From a virus (taxonomy: Duplodnaviria; Caudoviricetes), in the IMG/VR virus record IMGVR_UViG_3300012894_000127, positions 1 through 33,680 of that record: DNA of 33,680 nucleotides, one strand, 5' to 3'. The translations under genes and the position numbers were made by a program. Below, in pieces: positions 18,001-26,933 of this stretch (position 1 is the stretch's first letter; the number at the start of each line of letters is the position of its first letter). Under the pieces are notes generated by a model. It was not told where the DNA came from and made no database searches. It saw nothing but the letters and a program-made list of their open reading frames with translations.

Positions 18001-21000
18001 CGGTGCAGCAGCTCACGGATGCCGAGGCAGGCACCGTCACGGGCACCAACTTCTTTACTGGCGAGCGGATCATCAAAGTCGACGCGACGCAGGTCAAGGC
18101 CGCCCAGCAGCGTGTCCAGGATCTTGGCAAGGAAGTCAAGCTCCTCAGCGTCGAGGACGGTCGCCGGGCCGCTGCCGCGAAAGCCGCTGGTCAGACCGTC
18201 GATACGGCCCTGCGCCTCACCAAAGAGCAGCTCAGCGCGCAGGAATCAGCCATCAAAAGCATCCGTGCTGAGCTGGGCAAGCCGGTCGAAGTCTTTGGCG
18301 GGACCGAGTTCCAGAATCAGCTCGACCAGATCGGCGAGAAGTACAAGGAACTGCGCGACAAGCTCCGCCAGGACGTGCTCGATCCGAAGCAGCGCAACGA
18401 CCTCTCCCGCCAGTTGCTTGCCCGGCAGGGCCAGGAGCAGGGCGAGGTGCGCCAGGAATACGGCGCGAAGGCCAGTGATGTCGCGGGGGACGCTGAGCGC
18501 CAGGCCACCCAGGCCCGTATCGCGGCGATGGCCGATGGAACCGCCAAAATCAAGGCCCAGGCCGATTTCGACATCGCCGAGCTGCGCCGCGTGGCTAAAA
18601 AACAGGCCGATGAACAGCGCGACTTCCCGCTGGAAGCCGCCCGCATCACCGCTGCTGCCGAGCAGCAGGCCCTTGACGTTCGCAAGGAAGCCACCCGTAA
18701 GGTGGAAGATTTCGAGAAGGAAGAGGCCAAAAAGCGCGATGCAGCCGCGAAAAAACGCGAAGCTGAGATCAGGGCCGCTGCTGCGAAAGAGGCGGCGACA
18801 CTTAGAAAGATCCATGACGACGTGGTGCGCCAGGCCTCCCTCCAGCGCCAGGTCTCGAATCTGAACACCAACGTGGGCGCGAAGGTGGACAGCGGCAAGC
18901 TCACCACCTCCGGGTTCGAGTCGTTCACCCAGCAGCTCGCCGACTTGAAGGCCCGCATCAAAGAACTGCCCGTGCCCCTGCAGGCCACCTTCTCGGTCTT
19001 GCTGAAACACTCCGACGCCCTGGTGATCAGCGGCAAGAAGGCCGCCGACTACAACGCGGAGCTGAAGAACCTCAAGGGCAGTCTGAAAGACATGGGCTAC
19101 GACGAGCTACTCGCCGCTCAGAAGCGCGTGGCCGACGACCCCAGCAAGCAAAAGAGCCTGGACCTCATCAGCAAAGAGATTCAGGCCCGCCAGAAACTGA
19201 TCAAAACCCATGCCGACCAGGTGCTGATCGAAGGAAAAGCACAGTACAAGTCCGCTCAGGGCCAGGCGACCATCAGCGGGTATGAAGATTCCAGATCCGC
19301 CGTTCAGGGCAAGGAAAACGAGGCCCAGCTGCTGCTGGCTATCGAGCGGAAGTACAGCGTCGATGTCTTGAAGGCCCGCCAACAGGTCGCCCAGGCCAGT
19401 GCCGAAAAAGACATCGCTCAGATCAACCAGACCTACGGCAAAGAAGTGGCCCTGGCCCACGGCAACAGCGCGAAAATTGCTGAGCTGACCACCCAGCGAG
19501 ACGATCTCATCGCCCAGCGCCGGGCACAGCGCGACGCCGATCAGCAACGCAACCTCAAACAGTCCAACGCCACGCTGGTCAGCGCCAGCAACGCCGCCTC
19601 GGCAGAGCTCCTCAAGATCGACGGCCAGCGCGCTGCCGGAAAAGCCGCTGTCACCAGTGCGGAGAGCAAGAGCATCCTCGACGAGTACGCCCGGCGTCAG
19701 GATGCCGCCCACGGCAACGCCCTGACCCTGTTGAAACTTGAGCAGGAGTTGGGCGGGAAGGTCAAGGAAGCCCACCGCCAGGAGGTCCAGGAAAGCGCCC
19801 GCACTGACATCCAGGGCATCAAGGAAAATTACCAGGCCCAGATCACAGCGGCAGGCACCAACAAGGTCGAAGTGGCCCGCCTGGCTGCCGAGCGGGACGC
19901 CCTGATCGAAGCCCGGCGCGTGCAGCGCAACACCGCCTTCAAGCTGCTCGACCAGCAGGCCATTCAGAACGAAGTCAACGCCAGCAACGCGGCGACCGAT
20001 TACCTGCTCAAGCTCGACGGCCAGCGCGCCGCCGGAAAAGCAGCACTGACGAGCGCCGAGAGCCAGAGCGTCCTCGACGAGTACGCCCGGCGTCAGGATG
20101 CCGCCCACGGCAACGCTGAGACCCTGCTGAAGATCGAACAGGACATGGGCGACCAGGTCAGGGAAGCCCGGCGTCAGCAGGCTCAGGACAGCGCCCGCAG
20201 CGACGTGCAGGGCATCAAGGAAAGCTACCAGACCCTCATCACGGCAGCGGGGACGAACAAGGTCGAAGTGGCCCGTCTGGAAGCCGAGCGGGACGCGCTG
20301 ATCGTCGCCCGACGTCAGCAGCGCAACGCGGCCTTCAAGCTCATCGACCAGCAAGCTGGGCAAACGGCAGTGGAGGCCAGTCAGAAGGCCGCCCAGCAGA
20401 TTGCCGAGATCGATAGCCAGCGCGAAGCGGGTCACAACGCGGTCCTGAATGGCCGCGCACAGGCCACGCTGGATGCCTACGCACGGGAGCAGGACGCGGC
20501 GCAGGGCAATATCGTCAAGCTGCTGCAGATCGAGCAGCAGTCCGGCGCACAGATCCTGGCCGCGCGTATCCAGCAGGGCCGCGCCCAGGCCGACGCCGAC
20601 GTGCGCCAGTTGGAAGCGAGCTACCAGACCCGGATCGACCAGGCCATCCTGTTCGGGCAGAGCTACACCGCGCTGGAGCAGGAACGCGATACGTTGATCT
20701 CCCAGCGTCAGCAGCAGCAAGCCGGAGCCGAGCTGCTCCTTGCCCAGCAGTCCGGCCAGGCCCTGATCGACGCCCGAAAGAAGGTCACCGAGGCGCTTCT
20801 CGCCCTGGACCAGAGTCTGGCTTCAGGTCTGGCCGAGCGGGCCAGCACCGAAGCGGGCCGAAAGAAAGACCAGTTCGATCGCGATCTGGCCAACGAACTC
20901 TCCGACCTGGGTGACAACGAGCGGGCCAAGTATGACCTGCTCCGCAGCAGCCAGACCACCCGCATCGCGCTGGCCCAACGCGCCGTCACCGCCCAGGAAC

Positions 21001-24000
21001 AGGCCGATACCCTGGCCGAGAACCAGCGTTTCGAGAACCAGAAGACCGCGCTGGTCAAAGACGGCACCTACAACCAGCGGCTGATCCAGCTCGAAGCCGA
21101 CCATCAGGCCCGACTGACCCTCATCAGCACCAAGGGGATTCAGGACCGGTCGAACGTCGAAGAGGACCTTGTTCGCGCAGGCATCGCCCAACTCGGGAAG
21201 GTCAACGAAACGGAGGTCAAGAAGCAGATCGACGCGGTCACCCGCAACCTCTCCTCCATGACGGCGGTGCAGCGCGACAGTACTCGCGCCAGCTTGCTGG
21301 GCTGGTTGGACACCTTCCAGAAGGCTGGTGTGGCCGGGCAGGCTGCCGTCAAGCTGATTCAGGACGCGCTGCTCGGCGTGGCGAATGCTGACACCGACGC
21401 GCGTGCGAAGGCAGTGGAGCTGGTGGGCAAGCTGTTTGCGCGTGACGGTGACGGTCGTCTGCAAGCGCCGGAGTCGGTGCAGCGCCAGCTTGCCGCACAG
21501 ACCAACCGGATCGGTCGGCCCGACAGCCAGCAAGACGCCGTTGACAAAGCATCTGGTGCGTACGACAGCAAGATCGCCGAGCTGAAAGCGGGCATTTCGG
21601 ATGCCAACAAGGTGATTACAGAGCTGGGCCGACTGGCTCCTGACTCCCTCGACGCTGTTCAGCGTCAGGCGCTGGACTACGCCCGGCAGCTGCTCCCCAT
21701 CTTCGAAGCCCAGCTGCCCGTCACCCAAAAGAGAGCCGCCGACGCGGGACAGGCCGCTGGAGCGGCCTACATCAAGCAGTTCACCGACAGCATCGTCAAG
21801 CCAGAAACGGCGACCGCTGATCTGATGGACAAGCTGGCCCGCATCGGCAAGCCGGACACGGCTGAGAATGCCCGCAAGACGGCGGAGGGGCTGTTTAGTG
21901 GCCTGAGCAGCGGGTTCGACAAGGAAATCAAGGACCTCGACGACAAGATCGGGAAGCTGAACGGCCCAGACATCTCACCCGATGAGCAGCGAACGAAAGA
22001 CGGCCTGGAGGCGACGCGTCGCCTCTATGTGGGCTTCCTGGAGCTCATTGGGAAGGATGCCAAGGCAGCGGGTCAGAAGGCCTTCGACGGGTTTACCCAG
22101 ACGAGCGCGGATAAGGCCCAGCAGGGCAACCTGGCCCTCGCATTAGCGGCCAAGGAATTCGCGGATGCGAACGCTGAAGCCCTCCCCGCCGATCAGCGGC
22201 CAGCGGCCCTGGCTGCCGCGTCACTGGCCTATCAGAAGGCCCTCACTCTCTACCGCAATTACTGGAACGAACGTCAGAAAACCGCCCAGGAGGGGTTTGC
22301 CAAGGGAACGGTCAGTCAAGAGGACCTGACCAACGTCAACCAGGCCGCCGCTGCTGCCCAGAAAAACCTGACCACCGAGACCGTCGCTTACGGCAATGCC
22401 TTAGACGCCACCTCCAAAAAGACGGTCGGCGACAAGGCCGCTGAAGGTGAGCTTGCCCGAGCGCAAGCCGCCCGCGAACTGGCCCTTGCCAAGGCTGAAA
22501 CCCTCCCCCCAGACCAGCAAGGTGCCGAACTGGCCCGCATCTCCGCGGCCTACCAGGCGGCCCTCACGGTCTACCGCGACTACTGGAACGAGCGCCTCAA
22601 GCTCGCCCAGGCCGGGAAGGTCGCTGGCACCGTCACCGAGGCCGAACTGACCGAGGTCAGCAACAAGGCCGCCGCCGCTCAGAAAGGCTTGACCAGTGAG
22701 GTCGTCTCCCAAAACAACAATCTGGATGCGAATAACAAGAAGACAGGGGACAGCATCAGTGCGCTGCGTCAGGCCCGCGAAGCTTACGACGCCGTTCTTG
22801 GACTTTCGGCTCCGGCCTACCAGTCCGAGATCGACGCCCTGCAAAAGCTCAAAGAAGAAAACGGTGGTCTGGCCGACCAGATCGACGACCTCATCCGCAA
22901 GTACCAGCAGCTTCAGAACGCCCGCAAAGGCATCACCGTCACGGGCGTCTCCAACGACTTCCAGGCCGGGCGGAACGGTGGACAGGAACAGCTCCAGAGC
23001 AGCGTCACCAGTATCGCCAAGGGCTTCGGCGCACTCACCAGCCCGCTGTCGATCCTCTCAGCGATTCTCGACAAGATCAACCCGGCGGGAGAAATCCTCG
23101 CTGGGATGTTCAGTGTCCTCGAAGAGCCGATCAAGGCCCTGCAGGAACCTTTCCAGCAGATCGGGGTGCTGCTCGGTTCGGTCATCGCTCCAGTGTTAGA
23201 ACTCATCGCCCCGGTGCTCGACGTCATCGCGCAGCTCTTCACGGCCCTGTATGACGCGATCGCCAGCTTCATCAAGGCGATCACTTTCGGCTTTGTGAAC
23301 ATCGACCGGCGCGACCCGAAGGCCAAGGAGACTGCCGACCAGAAGGGCCAGGGCGACCAGACCCAGCTCGATCTCGATTACCGCAGAGGGCTGATCAGCC
23401 GCCAGGCCTACGAAACCCAGAAGTTCAAGCTCCTGAAAGACGGCCTCGACGCCCAGCAGGCCGCCGACCTCAAGGCGGCTGGCAACAACCTCGCCCAGCG
23501 CCAGCAGATCGAGCGCAAGTACGCCCAGCAATACGAAAAAGAGCGCCTGGACATGCTCGACCGGCTCTACGAGGCTGACCTCGCCGACCTGGACGGGCAG
23601 CTCAAGACCAAGGAAATTACCGAGAAGCAGTACGCTCAGAAGAAATACGATCTGACCCACGCCAAGCTCGTCCGCGAGCGCGATGATGCGCTCGCCCTCG
23701 CCGGAGACAGTGCCGAGAAGCGTCTCCAGATCGAGCAGAACTACCTCAAGAAAGAAGGTCAGGCCCGCCAGGAAATGCTCGACCAGGTCTACGCGGCCTA
23801 CATCAAAATCGCCGACGACTTGGGCAACACCCTCACTGGCGGGATCAGCACGAGCCTCCTCAACGCCGCGCAGGCCCGGAATTTCGGGCAGTTCCGCACC
23901 GAGTTCCGCAAGAACCTGCGCGAGTCCATCTTCCAGGCCGTGCTCAGCGCGGTGATTGAGAGTGCCGCGTTCGGAGCCATCCTGCAGCCCGCCATTGACG

Positions 24001-24584
24001 CGTTGAAAGCGGCCTTCATGACGGACGGCACGGCTGATGACGACGCGGCCATTCAAGGACTTTTGAAGGCCAGTGACGCGGTGGAGGGCAAGGCCAAGCA
24101 GATCTACAAGGCCCTCCAGCCGCTGCGGGACAAGCTGGGCATCGGCACCGACAGCAGTCAGGCGCAGCAGATCGAAGTGACCGGCAACATCAGCACGCCG
24201 GAGGTGAAGGTCAGTCTCGACATGCTCAGCTACCTGGCCGACACCATCAAGCAGAACATCCCACCCTGGCGTGACGCCATCATTGCCCACACCCCAGCAC
24301 TCAGTGCAGAGACGGCGGCCCTGTTGCTGCACGTTCCGGCGCTGAGCGCGCACACCCTGGCCATGCCGACGTTCGTGAGCGCGGTGACGACTTTTGGGTT
24401 GCACACGACATCGCTGAACGGGACGGCCATGCTCTACAGCACCGCTACAGACCGCTTTGTGCAGGGCGTGAACCTGTGGGCCAACGCCAGCGCCGCGCAC
24501 ATCGGGGCGATGAATGCCCACACTGCCGCCTTGCGCGGCGCTGGCAGTACGGGCGGGACCCGCAAGTACCAGGGAACACCATGA
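15003..24584 (+). CDS. Tail tape measure protein, 3193 aa
   Basis: Very long Ala/Gln/Leu-rich helical ORF after the chaperones. TP901-like core (AEFEKQLQQISGL...), hydrophobic segments, internal repeats, GAGGT RBS. Confidence 0.93.
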   Translation: MTVVGAANFDINANPAKAIAALKQLQKDALATTGLVLTPTVDAKGVKAKLKAALDGIVGTLNAEVKIKPPTKTQATAALSSIVATLQAEVKIKPPTAPQIRAALGSTPASATININLNEASVTQKIDRIKTALQDLRVSTGGLFRIDADALKALATQISQQITDLRGIESSLRTLRGRNNGGGGSGTGGGGPGAGAATNPYAAQLRALQGDLKSSALSTDQYRAAVANLQTALNGEMNALRGLGVLTVGQQRQLDGLRTTSGQAAAALKGLTDQETRLNAAAQSDSVAKIGREIALANSKFQTGSLGLRDYLRELQRLEISARTLAPSLAADSKAALDLQRVMQGLGGAKADLNTQSIKNVRIELAQARTAYEQALAAAGSSWRAQGQAASVYQQILVRVEGELTAVGRRASLTREQALSVANLQRQLAGQQNALQGTVSPLGISGAFLNALRQIPALAMVAGGSLGAAASAATTLSGSIGGIAQAIGPLGIAIAAIGVALFGLTKLFIDSISHAAEFEKQLQQISGLAELSGPNLGKYADYVQQLSTKLPVTTEQLTEFGRQAVLVGLHGPEGVKTFTEGMANLSVVLRDVHGKAGGLEETGAEIVKVLRSMGMGTEEVNANFDKTINSLVALKTQFGVQIPDVTALATYFSSYAAKIGLTTDQILAFSASLVSVGARAQGSGSQLTKFFEKAAAAVASGGAPLQEFAKDLGLTTDATKDLLRTNPTKFLQLFAERLDVLHKQGVDSSIVLEGLGLDTNQAARTFNELSVAAKNTGRSLDIAKKGFNDAGLAARVAHDVSQNYIDQLKEMHNALDGFKANIGSFALPVLTGVVDSLSGAARALLDLSQEAKDGGPILDELRGYAIALAAAIAGIGLAVKGAAINQGWTALVANFRFFGGFSGILTSLVGRIVQIGPAISGAFSAAVAGGGAAVIAIGLVITAVAALAIAANKIISDTQRIYDQVDKSNQDSFDRVMDRVRALAAEGTELSKTKAKYLLAVQQLTDAEAGTVTGTNFFTGERIIKVDATQVKAAQQRVQDLGKEVKLLSVEDGRRAAAAKAAGQTVDTALRLTKEQLSAQESAIKSIRAELGKPVEVFGGTEFQNQLDQIGEKYKELRDKLRQDVLDPKQRNDLSRQLLARQGQEQGEVRQEYGAKASDVAGDAERQATQARIAAMADGTAKIKAQADFDIAELRRVAKKQADEQRDFPLEAARITAAAEQQALDVRKEATRKVEDFEKEEAKKRDAAAKKREAEIRAAAAKEAATLRKIHDDVVRQASLQRQVSNLNTNVGAKVDSGKLTTSGFESFTQQLADLKARIKELPVPLQATFSVLLKHSDALVISGKKAADYNAELKNLKGSLKDMGYDELLAAQKRVADDPSKQKSLDLISKEIQARQKLIKTHADQVLIEGKAQYKSAQGQATISGYEDSRSAVQGKENEAQLLLAIERKYSVDVLKARQQVAQASAEKDIAQINQTYGKEVALAHGNSAKIAELTTQRDDLIAQRRAQRDADQQRNLKQSNATLVSASNAASAELLKIDGQRAAGKAAVTSAESKSILDEYARRQDAAHGNALTLLKLEQELGGKVKEAHRQEVQESARTDIQGIKENYQAQITAAGTNKVEVARLAAERDALIEARRVQRNTAFKLLDQQAIQNEVNASNAATDYLLKLDGQRAAGKAALTSAESQSVLDEYARRQDAAHGNAETLLKIEQDMGDQVREARRQQAQDSARSDVQGIKESYQTLITAAGTNKVEVARLEAERDALIVARRQQRNAAFKLIDQQAGQTAVEASQKAAQQIAEIDSQREAGHNAVLNGRAQATLDAYAREQDAAQGNIVKLLQIEQQSGAQILAARIQQGRAQADADVRQLEASYQTRIDQAILFGQSYTALEQERDTLISQRQQQQAGAELLLAQQSGQALIDARKKVTEALLALDQSLASGLAERASTEAGRKKDQFDRDLANELSDLGDNERAKYDLLRSSQTTRIALAQRAVTAQEQADTLAENQRFENQKTALVKDGTYNQRLIQLEADHQARLTLISTKGIQDRSNVEEDLVRAGIAQLGKVNETEVKKQIDAVTRNLSSMTAVQRDSTRASLLGWLDTFQKAGVAGQAAVKLIQDALLGVANADTDARAKAVELVGKLFARDGDGRLQAPESVQRQLAAQTNRIGRPDSQQDAVDKASGAYDSKIAELKAGISDANKVITELGRLAPDSLDAVQRQALDYARQLLPIFEAQLPVTQKRAADAGQAAGAAYIKQFTDSIVKPETATADLMDKLARIGKPDTAENARKTAEGLFSGLSSGFDKEIKDLDDKIGKLNGPDISPDEQRTKDGLEATRRLYVGFLELIGKDAKAAGQKAFDGFTQTSADKAQQGNLALALAAKEFADANAEALPADQRPAALAAASLAYQKALTLYRNYWNERQKTAQEGFAKGTVSQEDLTNVNQAAAAAQKNLTTETVAYGNALDATSKKTVGDKAAEGELARAQAARELALAKAETLPPDQQGAELARISAAYQAALTVYRDYWNERLKLAQAGKVAGTVTEAELTEVSNKAAAAQKGLTSEVVSQNNNLDANNKKTGDSISALRQAREAYDAVLGLSAPAYQSEIDALQKLKEENGGLADQIDDLIRKYQQLQNARKGITVTGVSNDFQAGRNGGQEQLQSSVTSIAKGFGALTSPLSILSAILDKINPAGEILAGMFSVLEEPIKALQEPFQQIGVLLGSVIAPVLELIAPVLDVIAQLFTALYDAIASFIKAITFGFVNIDRRDPKAKETADQKGQGDQTQLDLDYRRGLISRQAYETQKFKLLKDGLDAQQAADLKAAGNNLAQRQQIERKYAQQYEKERLDMLDRLYEADLADLDGQLKTKEITEKQYAQKKYDLTHAKLVRERDDALALAGDSAEKRLQIEQNYLKKEGQARQEMLDQVYAAYIKIADDLGNTLTGGISTSLLNAAQARNFGQFRTEFRKNLRESIFQAVLSAVIESAAFGAILQPAIDALKAAFMTDGTADDDAAIQGLLKASDAVEGKAKQIYKALQPLRDKLGIGTDSSQAQQIEVTGNISTPEVKVSLDMLSYLADTIKQNIPPWRDAIIAHTPALSAETAALLLHVPALSAHTLAMPTFVSAVTTFGLHTTSLNGTAMLYSTATDRFVQGVNLWANASAAHIGAMNAHTAALRGAGSTGGTRKYQGTP
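19582..20373 (+). repeat. Tandem 396-nt (132-aa) repeat in the tape measure gene: two similar copies with more diverged copies on both sides
   Basis: ctcaag(a/c)tcgacggccagcgc at 19611 and 20007. LDEYARRQDAAHGNA and AAGTNKVEVARL each occur twice. Confidence 0.9.
22110..22751 (+). repeat. Tandem 321-nt (107-aa) repeat, two copies, in the tape measure gene
   Basis: DKA...YQ(K/A)ALT(L/V)YR(N/D)YWNER...AAAAQK repeated, starting at 22110 and 22431. Confidence 0.85.
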
Positions 24585-26191
24585 GACAAGTACTGCAAGG
24601 GATGTACCTCCCACGAGATGACCTGATCGGCTGGCGGGTCGAGATCGGTCAGGACAGCTACACCAACGACGGTCCCGGACCCATCGCTCAGGTGGACGTG
24701 GAGCTCGACGCGGTCGGCTGTCTGACCTCCGGCAGCATCGCCCTCAAGCGGCCCCGCCACCCCATCTTCCCGGCGTATCAGTTCACTGCAAAACTCTGGC
24801 TCCAGAGCAAAACCTACGGCTGGGTGGACGTGGCGCTCGGGTACATCCCTCCGGCCAAGGAAAATGGGCGCGAGGAGTGGAGCTTGGAGCTGCGCCCGCT
24901 CGAAGAGCTGGCGATGAACGGCTACTTCGACGGCGCGCTGCTGGGCGGCCACAACACGCTGGGGAGCGAGATCGGCGACTGGAAGGAAACCAATGAGGCG
25001 GTGGTGTCGCGCATTCTCCAGCGCAACCCCACCGCCATGCTGGGCACCCACGCGGACGCCACGGTCGTGCTGGCCCGGCCCGAGGACGGCACACCCGTCA
25101 ATATCAGTCAAGCGCGCTTCTACGCGTGGAAAAGCACTGGCTTGGTCACACTGCCGTTTGGCACCGAGTCCCGTTGGGATGGCGGGCCGGGCTGGCAGAA
25201 GGGCAGCTACACCGGGATCAGTCGCCCGCCGCTGACGCCTCGCAAGGCCGTGGACGCCGGGCAGGTGGAGTTCAAGGAAGTCACGCGGCCTGCTGGCCCA
25301 CCGATGGTTGGGGAATACGAGCTGTTCGTCGGAGAAGTCAAATCGGCCCCGCCACCGAATGCCGGAGCGGCGATCGCCGGTCAGAACGGCCTGATCAAAC
25401 GCACCGTGACCGCCGAGCAGTACGCCTACGTGCGCGTCTACGATCTGGAGGCGTGGTTTGAAGGATCGGCGCTGGCCGGGCAGGACAACGACCTGATCAA
25501 AACGCTCAAGGAAGCCCTAACCGGCGCTCAGGGGGCCTACGCCCTCGCGCACGACACCCTGGGGTCTGACAACGACTTCACCCAGCTTGAACAGAGCCGG
25601 ATGCTCGATGCCGAGACTGCTATCCGCGTGGCCCGCTGGCAACAGGGCAGCGTGCAGAGCGACTATGAACCGTTGACCGCCAAGCTCAGCACCGGATTCG
25701 TGCTTGAGAAGTTTCAGCGCTATGACGTGTACAACGTCAATCTCAGCGACGTGCTGCCCAGCGACGACGCCTCCATCCTGACTGGAACGACGATGTGGAT
25801 TAGCAAGAAGAGCTATGACGAGGCCTCGCTCGGGGAGGTCACTCCCCCTGGCCCCGACGCGGACCCCGATTACAGCCGCCTGGTTCACCCGTTGCTGAGC
25901 AGCGACACCATCAAGATCTTCGACACCCACGTTGTCGAGCTTGACGGCGAGTCGCGCAACACCCCGTTTCAGCAAGGGGCGCTGACCATCCCCCCCGATT
26001 ACTTCCGTGGGCCTCTTGGACCTGCATTGGCGGCACTCATGGACAAACAGTGGAAAGAGTCGTTCGACCCCGAAGATCCGCCCGAGGGTGCTGAGCCACC
26101 GTCTCGTAGTTGGGACGGCAAGTGGTACTTCTATGTCGCCTCGTGGTGGGCTGTGACCGGGAACGTCCCGGCTCAGCAGCCGAACGCCTGA
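24581..26191 (+). CDS. Putative tail-tip hub / minor tail protein
   Basis: ATGA overlap with the tape measure stop, 536 aa. Synteny only. Confidence 0.55.
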   Translation: MRQVLQGMYLPRDDLIGWRVEIGQDSYTNDGPGPIAQVDVELDAVGCLTSGSIALKRPRHPIFPAYQFTAKLWLQSKTYGWVDVALGYIPPAKENGREEWSLELRPLEELAMNGYFDGALLGGHNTLGSEIGDWKETNEAVVSRILQRNPTAMLGTHADATVVLARPEDGTPVNISQARFYAWKSTGLVTLPFGTESRWDGGPGWQKGSYTGISRPPLTPRKAVDAGQVEFKEVTRPAGPPMVGEYELFVGEVKSAPPPNAGAAIAGQNGLIKRTVTAEQYAYVRVYDLEAWFEGSALAGQDNDLIKTLKEALTGAQGAYALAHDTLGSDNDFTQLEQSRMLDAETAIRVARWQQGSVQSDYEPLTAKLSTGFVLEKFQRYDVYNVNLSDVLPSDDASILTGTTMWISKKSYDEASLGEVTPPGPDADPDYSRLVHPLLSSDTIKIFDTHVVELDGESRNTPFQQGALTIPPDYFRGPLGPALAALMDKQWKESFDPEDPPEGAEPPSRSWDGKWYFYVASWWAVTGNVPAQQPNA

Positions 26192-26496
26192 TGGTCGGCA
26201 TCGCGCTTGGTAACGCGGTGGCCACCGTCACCCGCTGGAATTACCCGCCTCAGTTCGGCATCAAGATTCTTATCCCGCCGCCCGCGCCCGCCGCGCTGTT
26301 CCTGCCGACGACGGCGGGGCCGAACTACGAGGCAGAAATTGACGGGGCGCTGATCACGCCTGCGGTGGTGCTGGGCGTGGTGGATGAGGACGGCACGGTG
26401 CGCGACGTGGCGGTGGCCAGCGTCCGCTTCACCCTGACCGCTTCGGAGATGCGCACGAGCGCATCGGTAGGGATTCTGCCCTACAAGGAGGGCTGA
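26191..26496 (+). CDS. Hypothetical tail-tip protein, 101 aa (possibly the C-terminal part of the hub)
   Basis: TGATG overlaps at both ends, beta-strand-rich C-terminus. Confidence 0.5.
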   Translation: MVGIALGNAVATVTRWNYPPQFGIKILIPPPAPAALFLPTTAGPNYEAEIDGALITPAVVLGVVDEDGTVRDVAVASVRFTLTASEMRTSASVGILPYKEG

Positions 26497-26933
26497 TGCC
26501 TCAACAGACAGGCTGTCCAGAGCGCTACTTCGCGGTGGACGATGACGGCTTCGCCTTCCCACTGCCGCAGACCTTGAAGCCGAGTTTCTGGCTGGCTTCG
26601 CTGCACCCTTCGGTTCACGGCTTGCCGATGAATGACGAGCAGGTGCGAACCGACGACTACCGGCGCAACGCCGAGGTCCTCAAGTTGGAGGGAAAGCTGT
26701 ATGGAAAGACCGAAGACGACCTGCACGCCCAAGCGGGGGTCATCCGGTACTGGGTGCAGCGGATGCGCTGGTTGCAACGGGCCGCCCGCGCCTCCCTGGT
26801 GCTGCTCGACGGCAGCGACATCGAACTGGTCCCGGATGGGAACAAGAGCAGCGTCGCCACGCTGAAAGTGCTGGTGGTGGCCAGGAACCGCAAGTGGATC
26901 AACCCGGTGACGGGTGAGGAGGTGACAGGCTAA
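26496..26933 (+). CDS. Putative distal tail (Dit-like) protein
   Basis: AAGGAGG RBS, 145 aa. Strand-helix pattern LKLEGKLYGKTEDDL...RYW and a terminal strand ending ARNRKW resemble a Dit belt domain. Confidence 0.45.
   Translation: MPQQTGCPERYFAVDDDGFAFPLPQTLKPSFWLASLHPSVHGLPMNDEQVRTDDYRRNAEVLKLEGKLYGKTEDDLHAQAGVIRYWVQRMRWLQRAARASLVLLDGSDIELVPDGNKSSVATLKVLVVARNRKWINPVTGEEVTG

Noticed and set aside
19107-24614. Long antisense ORFs (537, 301 and 472 aa) within the tape measure gene
   Set aside because: Codon-bias shadows of the sense gene.
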